Positions 38,050 through 45,048 of a DNA stretch of 45,048 nt are shown here, one piece after another. The DNA is from an uncultured Solirubrobacteraceae bacterium (GTDB lineage: Bacteria; Actinomycetota; Thermoleophilia; Solirubrobacterales; Solirubrobacteraceae): NCBI GenBank assembly GCA_964250185.1, contig CAXUES010000001.1:1-45048 (forward strand). The letters are read 5' to 3'. The translations under genes were made by a program, and so were the position numbers. The notes beneath the pieces are model-generated. The model saw only the letters and a list, made by a program, of their open reading frames with translations, was not told the origin of the DNA and did not search any database. Numbering within the stretch: position 1 is the first letter of the stretch; the number at the start of each line of letters is the position of its first letter.

Positions 38050-39267
38050 ATGACAACCACCACGGTGACCCGGGCGGTGTCGAGCCGCTTCCTGGCCCTG
38101 CTCGCCGTGCCCGCGTTCGGGCTGGCGCTGTCCATCACGACGGTCACCACGTACCTGCCGGTCCTGATCTCGAAGGTCTCCGGCCCGACCGCGACCGGCG
38201 TCCTGATCGGCTTCGAGGGCCTGCTCGCGCTGGTCATCCCCGGCCTCGTCGGCGGCTGGTCGGACCGCACGAACACGCGCTTCGGTCGCCGGCTCCCGTT
38301 CGTGCTGGCCGGCGCGCCGGCGATGGCCGTGGCGCTCTTGGTGATGCCGTTCACGACCGCGTTCGCGCCGCTCGCCGTCGCCCTGTTCGTCTTCTACGGC
38401 GGCTACTTCACCTTCTACGCGCCCTACCGCGCGATGTACCCCGACCTCGTTCCGGAACCCGACCGCCCGCGCTCGCAGGGCTCCCAGAACGTCGCCCGCG
38501 AGCTCGGCCTGGGCGTGGCCCTGGTCGGCGGCGGCTTCCTGCTGAGCATGTGGAAGGGGCTCCCGTTCGTCGTCTCGGCCGGCGTCCTGCTCGCGGTCAC
38601 CGGCGCCTTCGCGTGGCGGGTGCGTGCCCACGCTCCGGAGTGCGAGGACGACGTCGCCGCCCCGCCCACCGACACCAGCCGCTGGCGCTCCTGGACCCTG
38701 CTGCGCGAGGACTCCGACATCCGCCGCCTGCTCACCGCGACCGCGCTGTGGGAGCTCGCCCTCGGCGCGCTCAAGACCTTCGTGGTCCTCTTCATCACCG
38801 TCGGCCTGGGGTACTCGTCGTCACTGGCGTCCGCGGCGCTGGCCATCGTCGCCGTCGGGGTGGTGGTGTCCGCCCTGGCCGCGGGCCCGCTGGCCGAGCG
38901 CTTCGGCCACGGCCGCCTGCTCACCGTCTCCGCCGCGGTCTACGCGATCGGCCTCGCGCTGCCGATCTTCGTGCACAGCCTGTACTTCCTGATCGCCATG
39001 TTCCCGCTCGCGTTCGCGGCGGGCATCGTGATGACGCTGCCCTACTCGCTGCTGATGGGCCTGCTGCCGGACGCCGACCACGGTGCCGGTGCGGGGGCCT
39101 TCGAGGCGGCACGCGGCATGGGCGTCGTCCTCGGTCCGATCCTGGCCGGCATCGCGGTGGAGACGCTGAAGCCGCTGTTCGAGTCCACGGACGGCTACGC
39201 GGCGATGTTCCTGGTCGCCAGCGTCGCGGTGGTTATCTCCGTGCCGCTCGCGCGGCGCGCCACCTAA
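38050..39267 (+). CDS. MFS transporter (sugar/maltose-like); alternative start at 38038
   Basis: About 12 TMs, GGWSDRTNTRFGRRLPF and APYRAMYPDLVP. Confidence 0.9.
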   Translation: MTTTTVTRAVSSRFLALLAVPAFGLALSITTVTTYLPVLISKVSGPTATGVLIGFEGLLALVIPGLVGGWSDRTNTRFGRRLPFVLAGAPAMAVALLVMPFTTAFAPLAVALFVFYGGYFTFYAPYRAMYPDLVPEPDRPRSQGSQNVARELGLGVALVGGGFLLSMWKGLPFVVSAGVLLAVTGAFAWRVRAHAPECEDDVAAPPTDTSRWRSWTLLREDSDIRRLLTATALWELALGALKTFVVLFITVGLGYSSSLASAALAIVAVGVVVSALAAGPLAERFGHGRLLTVSAAVYAIGLALPIFVHSLYFLIAMFPLAFAAGIVMTLPYSLLMGLLPDADHGAGAGAFEAARGMGVVLGPILAGIAVETLKPLFESTDGYAAMFLVASVAVVISVPLARRAT

Positions 39268-40007
39268 CGCGCGACCGCAAGCCCCTCGAACGTCGGCGGC
39301 TCTTCGGTCAACAGCCAGGTGCCGTCGTCCTGCCGGCTCACGAGGCTGCGCTGAGAGAGCTGCCCGAGTGCGGTGGTGACGGACGGCCGGCGCGCGCCGA
39401 CGATCCAGCCGAGCAGCTCGTGCGAGAGGAAGCTGGGTAGGACGCGGCCGTCGGGGCGCACGGTGCCCCAGCGCTCCGACAGGTGCCACATCGCGATCAG
39501 CAGCCGGGTGTCGACCCGGGGGAGCTGGGCGACGGCGAGCATGCGGGCCAGCAGCCGCGAGCGGTCCAGCGCGCGCGAGATCAGCTCGCCGGTCATCTCC
39601 GGGAAGCGGGCGGCGCGGGCGACGAAGCGGACGTCGAGGTGGGCGAGCACGAGCGGGTCGATGACGCGGAAGGCGACCGAGAAGGGCGCCAGCAGCTCAC
39701 CGAAGCCGTCCTGGCTGGGCCGGAGCAGGTCACCTGGGCCGAGCAGCTCGGCACACGAGCGGTGCTGCAGCGAGAGGCGGCGGATGACCACGCCCTCGAG
39801 GATCAGCAGGCCGATGCCGCCGTTGGCGTCCGGCCCGTTCTCGGAGTCCGGCACCCAGGCGCCGCGGGGGACGTTCTCCGTCCGGGCGACGAGCGCCTGG
39901 CGGGCCTGCTCGAAGCGCTCCGGCGACAGATTCTGGCCCAGATCCGGATCGGCGTCGAGCACGCGTACCCCTTGCGCGGCCGGCTGGCTGAGATGGGGAA
40001 ACGCCAC
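39264..40007 (-). CDS. Crp/Fnr-family transcriptional regulator
   Basis: GTG 40007 with GAGG RBS, LLILEG...ELLGPGD, HTH LSHELLGWIVGARRPSVTTALGQL. Confidence 0.85.
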   Translation of the reverse strand: MAFPHLSQPAAQGVRVLDADPDLGQNLSPERFEQARQALVARTENVPRGAWVPDSENGPDANGGIGLLILEGVVIRRLSLQHRSCAELLGPGDLLRPSQDGFGELLAPFSVAFRVIDPLVLAHLDVRFVARAARFPEMTGELISRALDRSRLLARMLAVAQLPRVDTRLLIAMWHLSERWGTVRPDGRVLPSFLSHELLGWIVGARRPSVTTALGQLSQRSLVSRQDDGTWLLTEEPPTFEGLAVAR

Positions 40008-40063
40008 GTGTACCTCTTGGGGTCCCCGGCAACTACGGTGCGCCAAACCCCCGGGCGTTGGGC

Positions 40064-41749
40064 TCAGGCGCTGCGCGACCGGCGGTACGCGCGCACGGCG
40101 TCGACCCCGGACACCACCGTGAGCATCACGGTGGCGCCGATCAGGACCCGCACCCAGAGCACGTCCGGGTCGCCCACGGTCAGCAGCGTGAGGATCATCC
40201 CGACCTGCAGGAGCATCTTGGCCTTGCCGGCCGCGCCGGCGGCGAGAACCGCTCCGTCGCGCGCCGCATCGGCGCGCAACACCGTGACCAGCACCTCGCG
40301 CGCGGCGATGACGAGCACCACCCACAGGCCGAGGCGGTCGACCGCGACCAGGCCGACCAGCGCGGCGATCACCAGCAGCTTGTCGGCGACCGGATCCAGC
40401 AGCTTGCCCAGCGGCGTGATCAGGCCGCGCGTGCGGGCGATGTGGCCGTCGACGATGTCGGTGACGGCGATGACCGCGAAGAGGACGCCGGCGGCGAGCG
40501 AGCCGTCCGGGTGCGCGAGGACGACCACGGCCACCGCGGGGGCGAGCAGGATGCGCAGGCCCGACAGCACGTTGGGGACGTTGAGCGTCCCGCCGAAGGC
40601 CGAGGAGGACAGCGACAGCGTCCCGTTTCGCTGCATGCGCAGCTCGGCGCCCTCCGGTGCGCGGCGCACGGTGTGGCCGGTGGCGATCGCGCCGATGCCG
40701 ACGGCCATGAGCGCGATGAACACGCCGGCGACGTCGTCGATGACGTAGTGCCAGCCGAGGTAGATGGTGGCCACCGAGACCAGGCCGAAGTAGGTCCACA
40801 GCGCGCGGCACAGCCACTTGTTCGCGCGCAGCAGCTGGGCGACGAGCGCCGCCGTCAACGTCACGGAGACATGGAGGGACGCGAACGCGGCGACTGACTG
40901 CACGATGTCCTTCGCCGGCCCGGGCGCCGACCCGTAGAGGACGTTGAGCCGCTCGGCCCACAGCGCGTGCTGGAGCGACGAGGAGGCGGTCGGCGCGAGG
41001 TCGGAGAACAGCTGCGGCGCCACGAACGCCGGGCCGACGGCCGGGATCAGGTAGTAGCTGAGCGCGCCCAGCACCCAGTTGACGCACAGCGCGGTGGCGT
41101 ACCAGAGGCCGTTGCGCAGCTCGCCGAACCACACCAGCGCCGCGGCAAGTGACACCGGCACGAAGGCAAGGAAGATCACGTAGACCACCGACAGGACCTG
41201 GTTGGCGATGCCCGTCCCGAGCAGCGTGTGCAGGAGCGTCGAGGGGTCGTGGCCGAAGAACAGCGAGCGGTCGAGCTCCAGCAGCGACGTGTCGTGGCTG
41301 CCCGGGCGCAGGAAGGGCAGGAAGCCCTTGAAGTTGCGGTAGGCGACGTACGTGACGTAGAAGGAGAACAGCCCGACCAGCACGTAGCCGATCCGGCGGC
41401 CGTGACCCCAGCGCTCGCGGGCGACGCCGACGATCTCGTTGAAGAGCCGCAGCGGGGCCGTGCGGGCCCGCCAGAACGCGCGCGGCAGGACGTCGATGCC
41501 GATGAAGACGGCCAGGATCGCGCTGAGGCGCACCAGCGGCGGACCGCCGACGCCGTCGGGATCGTGGACCGGCAGGTTCTCCGCGTTGGCGGTCAGGAAC
41601 ATGGCCACCGCGCACATCGCGGCCATCGAGGCCGGGAAGACGTACGGCCGTCGACGTCCCAGCGTGAGGACTCGCGCCGTCACGAAGTGGGCAGCAATAC
41701 GGTTGACGGGCGCCGGCCGAGCATCAGGCCAGAGTACCCCACGCTTCAC
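40064..41749 (-). CDS. Fusion of an Aur1/IPC-synthase-like PAP2 domain and a CDP-alcohol phosphatidyltransferase (start may be GTG 41683)
   Basis: YYLIPAVGP, AAFASLH and TIYLGWHYVIDDVAG, followed by NVPNVLSGLRI and DIVDGHIAR..LGKLLDPVADK. Confidence 0.85.
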   Translation of the reverse strand: MKRGVLWPDARPAPVNRIAAHFVTARVLTLGRRRPYVFPASMAAMCAVAMFLTANAENLPVHDPDGVGGPPLVRLSAILAVFIGIDVLPRAFWRARTAPLRLFNEIVGVARERWGHGRRIGYVLVGLFSFYVTYVAYRNFKGFLPFLRPGSHDTSLLELDRSLFFGHDPSTLLHTLLGTGIANQVLSVVYVIFLAFVPVSLAAALVWFGELRNGLWYATALCVNWVLGALSYYLIPAVGPAFVAPQLFSDLAPTASSSLQHALWAERLNVLYGSAPGPAKDIVQSVAAFASLHVSVTLTAALVAQLLRANKWLCRALWTYFGLVSVATIYLGWHYVIDDVAGVFIALMAVGIGAIATGHTVRRAPEGAELRMQRNGTLSLSSSAFGGTLNVPNVLSGLRILLAPAVAVVVLAHPDGSLAAGVLFAVIAVTDIVDGHIARTRGLITPLGKLLDPVADKLLVIAALVGLVAVDRLGLWVVLVIAAREVLVTVLRADAARDGAVLAAGAAGKAKMLLQVGMILTLLTVGDPDVLWVRVLIGATVMLTVVSGVDAVRAYRRSRSA

Positions 41750-41760
41750 CGAAATTACGC

Positions 41761-42741
41761 ATGGACGTCCTCGTCATCTTCAACCCCTCGGCCTCCCACG
41801 TGGACGCCCGCGCGGAGGCATCCGTCCTCGCCGCGCTGCGGGGCCGCTGCACGGTCGAGGCGGTCCGCACCGACCACCCCTTTCACGCCGCCGAGCTGGC
41901 CGCGCAGGGCGTCGCCGGCGGCGCCGGGCTGGTCGTCGCGGTGGGGGGTGACGGGACGGCCAACGAGGCGGCCAACGGGCTCGCCGGCACCGGCGTCCCG
42001 CTGTGGTGCCTGCCCGGCGGGGCGACCAACGTCTTCGCCCGGACGATCGGCGTCCCGGCCAGGCTCGCCGCCGCCACCGAGCAGCTCGCGGCGCGCGTCA
42101 CCGACCCCACCCTCACCCCGCTCACCACCGGCACCGTTCGGGGGTGCCGAGACCCGTCGCCTGCGCCCTCGCCGGTCGAGGCGGGGCCCCCGCTCGATCA
42201 CTGTCGCCACTTCCTCTTCATGTCCGGCATCGGGGTGACCGCGGAGATGATGCGCCGGGTCGCCGCGCGGCCGGTGCTGCGGGCGCGGCTCGGCGCCGGC
42301 TACGTGGTGGTCGGCGCCGCCGTCGCGCTGACGGAGGCGGGCCGCGGGCGCCTGCCGCGGCTGCGCGTGGAGGTGGCGGGGGAGACGGCCGAGGCCGCCA
42401 CGGTCATCATCCAGCGCTCGGACCCGCTGACCTACTTCGGCCCCAAGCCGATCACGGTCTGCTCGCCGGAGGCGCTCGGGGACGGCACGCTGTCGGTCGC
42501 GTTCGCCGACCGCGCCGCCCCGCGCGACGTGGCCGCCATCTTCCTGCGGCTGCTCTCGGGGAACTCCGGCCGCGTCACCGAGCACCCGCGCGTCACCGCC
42601 TACGAGCGGCTCGCCGAGCTGACGGTGTCCTCCCCGGACGGGCGCGCGTTCGGCATCGAGGTCGACGGCACGTACGTCGGGGACACGACGACCGCCCGGT
42701 ACGGGATCGCACCGGACTCCCTCCTCGTGGCCACGGCTTGA
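41761..42741 (+). CDS. Diacylglycerol/sphingosine kinase (YegS/DgkB) family lipid kinase
   Basis: IFNPSAS, GGDGTANE, PGGATNVFAR and EVDG. Confidence 0.88.
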   Translation: MDVLVIFNPSASHVDARAEASVLAALRGRCTVEAVRTDHPFHAAELAAQGVAGGAGLVVAVGGDGTANEAANGLAGTGVPLWCLPGGATNVFARTIGVPARLAAATEQLAARVTDPTLTPLTTGTVRGCRDPSPAPSPVEAGPPLDHCRHFLFMSGIGVTAEMMRRVAARPVLRARLGAGYVVVGAAVALTEAGRGRLPRLRVEVAGETAEAATVIIQRSDPLTYFGPKPITVCSPEALGDGTLSVAFADRAAPRDVAAIFLRLLSGNSGRVTEHPRVTAYERLAELTVSSPDGRAFGIEVDGTYVGDTTTARYGIAPDSLLVATA

Positions 42742-42771
42742 GTCCCACGACCGATCGTTGGGTATCAACGA

Positions 42772-43842
42772 GTGATGACCGTCTCCCCAGCTGACCTCGA
42801 AGCCCTCATCGCCCGCGGCGAGGAGCACGGCTGCGTGGCCGAGTCCGAGGTGGCGGCGTTCGCCGAGCACCTCGCCCTGGACGAGGAGCAGGTCAACGAG
42901 ATCCACGCGACGCTGGACGCGCGCGGGGTCGAGGTCTCCGACGACTGCGCCCGGGCGCTGCCCGACGGTCCGCCCGCGCAGACGACCTACACCAACGTCG
43001 AGCTGGCCGTCTTCACCACGGACGCGCTCCAGCAGTTCCTCAACGAGGCCGGCCGGCACCGGTTGCTGACGCCGCCCGAGGAGCTCGACCTGTCGCGGCG
43101 CATCGAGATGGGCGACCTCGAGGCCAAGGAGAAGCTGACTACGCACAACCTCAAGCTGGTCGTCTCCATCGCGCGCCGCTACCAGGGCCTCAGCGAGCTG
43201 TGTCTGCTCGACCTCATCCAGGAGGGCATGCTCGGCCTGATCCGCGCCGTCGAGAAGTTCGACCACCGCAAGGGCTTCCGCTTCTCCACCTACGCGACGC
43301 TGTGGATCCGCCAGGCCATCCAGCGCGGCATCGCCGACAAGGGCCGCACCATCCGCCTGCCCGTCCACGTCGCCCAGCGCGAGCGCAAGATCGCCACCAC
43401 GGAGCGCCAGCTGTCGGTCAGCCTCGGCCGCGAGCCGACGCCGGAGGAGATCGCCGTCGCCGCCGAGCTGCCGCTGGAGCAGGTCGTGGAGATGCTCGAC
43501 GTCTCCCGCACGGTCACCTCGCTGGACAAGCCGGTCGGCGACGGGGAGGACACCTCGCTCGGCCAGCTCATGGGCTCCGACGAGGCCAGCACGGAGGAGA
43601 CCGTCGAGGTGTCCCTCTCGCGCCAGGCCATCCGCGCCGCCGTCGAGGAGCTGCCCGACCGCGAGCGCATGATCATCAAGCTGCGCTTCGGCCTGGACTC
43701 CGAGGAGCGCGACCCGCTCCCGCTCGCCCAGCTCCAGCGCGAGCTCGGCATGGGCCGCGAGGAGCTGCGCGCGATCGAGCGCCGCGCCCTCCAGCACCTA
43801 AGCCTCCGCCGGGAACTCGCCGCCCTTTCCGAGGCGGCTTAG
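42772..43842 (+). CDS. RpoD/SigA-family paralogous sigma factor
   Basis: Region 1.1-like N-terminus, [47 protein letters not shown] and TIRLPVH. Confidence 0.92.
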   Translation: MMTVSPADLEALIARGEEHGCVAESEVAAFAEHLALDEEQVNEIHATLDARGVEVSDDCARALPDGPPAQTTYTNVELAVFTTDALQQFLNEAGRHRLLTPPEELDLSRRIEMGDLEAKEKLTTHNLKLVVSIARRYQGLSELCLLDLIQEGMLGLIRAVEKFDHRKGFRFSTYATLWIRQAIQRGIADKGRTIRLPVHVAQRERKIATTERQLSVSLGREPTPEEIAVAAELPLEQVVEMLDVSRTVTSLDKPVGDGEDTSLGQLMGSDEASTEETVEVSLSRQAIRAAVEELPDRERMIIKLRFGLDSEERDPLPLAQLQRELGMGREELRAIERRALQHLSLRRELAALSEAA

Positions 43843-43946
43843 ACGTTCGCTGGCGCCGGCTGGCGCCGCGCGGTGCGACCGAAGCGTGCGCCAGCACGTG
43901 ACTGGTCGCGCCGGGTGGCGTCAGGCGGTGTTCAGCGGGCGTCTAG
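43841..43946 (-). repeat. Copy 2 of the ~100-bp dispersed element
   Basis: Reverse complement aligns with 25141-25240. Confidence 0.75.
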
Positions 43947-44065
43947 ATGGGGAGGGGGTTGGGGTCGGGTGGACCGGGGGGACCCGGAGACGGTCCGGGC
44001 GTCGGCGGGACCGGATCCGGGCCGGGATCCGGGAGCGGTGCGGGGTCGGGGCCGGGGATCGACAT
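43943..44065 (-). CDS. Putative 40-aa proline-rich peptide
   Basis: ATG overlaps the upstream TGA (TGATG); MSIPGPDPAPLPDPGPDPVPPTPGPSPGPPGPPDPNPLPI. Confidence 0.45.
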   Translation of the reverse strand: MSIPGPDPAPLPDPGPDPVPPTPGPSPGPPGPPDPNPLPI

Positions 44066-44316
44066 CAGGCGAAGTCCTTCTGCTTGGCGGCGCGCTTGCC
44101 GACCGCGCCGGACCCGCCCAGCGCGATGCCGCCGATGGTCGGCGCGAGGGCGAGGCCGATGAGGAACAGGCCGGCCACGGTGCTGGCGCCGGTGATCAGC
44201 AGGATGGCGCCGATGACGGCGAGGACGGCCGCGACGCCGAACAGCTTGGCGCCGTTGGCGGCCAGCTTCCCGGAGGTCTTGGCGAGCTGCTGGTCGGTGT
44301 CGGGTTGGACGGACAT
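44065..44316 (-). CDS. Small two-TM membrane protein (83 aa)
   Basis: ATG 44316, two hydrophobic helices, high GC3. Confidence 0.7.
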   Translation of the reverse strand: MSVQPDTDQQLAKTSGKLAANGAKLFGVAAVLAVIGAILLITGASTVAGLFLIGLALAPTIGGIALGGSGAVGKRAAKQKDFA

Positions 44317-44325
44317 ACCAAGTGG

Positions 44326-44350
44326 GCTTCCCGAGGCGCAGCCTGGGTAG
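44326..44350 (+). promoter_or_regulatory. Putative SigB-type promoter of tal
   Basis: GCTT-N15-GGGTAG, 9 nt before the ATG. Confidence 0.45.
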
Positions 44351-44359
44351 TCTCGACCT

Positions 44360-45048
44360 ATGGCTTCTTCTAACCACCTGCGCGAGATCGAGGCCGAGGG
44401 ACAGGCCGTCTGGCTCGACAACATCTCCCGAGAGCTCATCGACGAGGGCGACCTCGAGCGGCTCATCAAGGACGACGGCATCAGCGGCGTCACGTCCAAC
44501 CCGAGCATCTTCGAGAAGGCGTTCGGGGACTCCGACCGCTACGACGAGGCGATCCACGACCTCGCCGAGTCCGGCCACGACGCCCGCGGCATCTTCTTCG
44601 AGCTCGGCTTCAAGGACATCCGCGACGGCTGCGACCTGCTGCGCGACACCTTCGAGCAGACGAAGGGCAAGGACGGCTACGTCTCCTTCGAGCTGCCCCC
44701 CGAACTCTCCGACGACGCCGACGGCTCAGTCGAGCAGGCCAAGGTCATCAAGGAGAAGATCGACCGCCCCAACGTCCTCATCAAGGTGCCCGGCACCGAG
44801 GCGGGCGTCAAGGCCTTCGAGGAGCTCACCGCGGCGGGCGTCAACGTCAACGTCACCCTCCTGTTCGACGTCAAGCGCTACGAGGAGGTCGCCGAGGCCT
44901 ACGTCAAGGGCCTCGAGCGCCGGCTCGAGAACGGCGACCCGATCGACCGCGCGTCGTCGGTGGCCAGCTTCTTCGTCTCCCGCGTGGACGGCAAGATCGA
45001 CGCCAAGCTCGACGAGCTCGGCCGCGAGGACCTCAAGGGCAAGGCCGC
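44360..45048 (+). CDS. tal: Transaldolase (actinobacterial type), partial; runs off the window edge
   Basis: Not in the ORF track. MASSNHLREIEAEGQAVWLDNISR, GVTSNPSIFEKA, DGYVSFE, NVLIKVPGT, VNVTLLF and SVASFFVSRVD. Confidence 0.95.
   Translation, partial: MASSNHLREIEAEGQAVWLDNISRELIDEGDLERLIKDDGISGVTSNPSIFEKAFGDSDRYDEAIHDLAESGHDARGIFFELGFKDIRDGCDLLRDTFEQTKGKDGYVSFELPPELSDDADGSVEQAKVIKEKIDRPNVLIKVPGTEAGVKAFEELTAAGVNVNVTLLFDVKRYEEVAEAYVKGLERRLENGDPIDRASSVASFFVSRVDGKIDAKLDELGREDLKGKA

Overview
Very high-GC actinobacterial chromosome segment. Gene content and style suggest Thermoleophilia/Solirubrobacterales (inference). I see no rRNA, tRNA, CRISPR array, integrase or transposase. The left part is housekeeping and envelope: htpX (partial), M23 peptidase, lgt, lysA-hom-thrC-thrB, ung, a frameshifted secreted beta-propeller gene, an L,D-transpeptidase, a MocR/flavoprotein pair, a large secreted amidohydrolase, an FHA-ParA pair, a PBP, MarP and topB. 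The centre holds an AddAB-type helicase-nuclease. The right 11.5 kb looks like a SigB/SigF-type general-stress island: sigma factor, His-phosphatase, RecQ, UvsE, MFS, Crp, an Aur1-like PAP2 + CDP-alcohol phosphotransferase fusion facing a DAG-kinase-family gene, a divergent RpoD-like sigma, small proteins and tal. The most notable unexplained signals are: (1) the PAP2/CDP-alcohol lipid module; (2) a ~100-bp dispersed element present twice; (3) a 58-bp perfect palindrome whose ends are two stop codons; (4) REP-like repeats inserted in frame in addB, addA and the DAG kinase; (5) a trypsin gene that apparently starts at ATT behind a SigB-type promoter; (6) a 10-codon ORF bridging addB and addA. 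All calls come from motif reading only; no searches were run.
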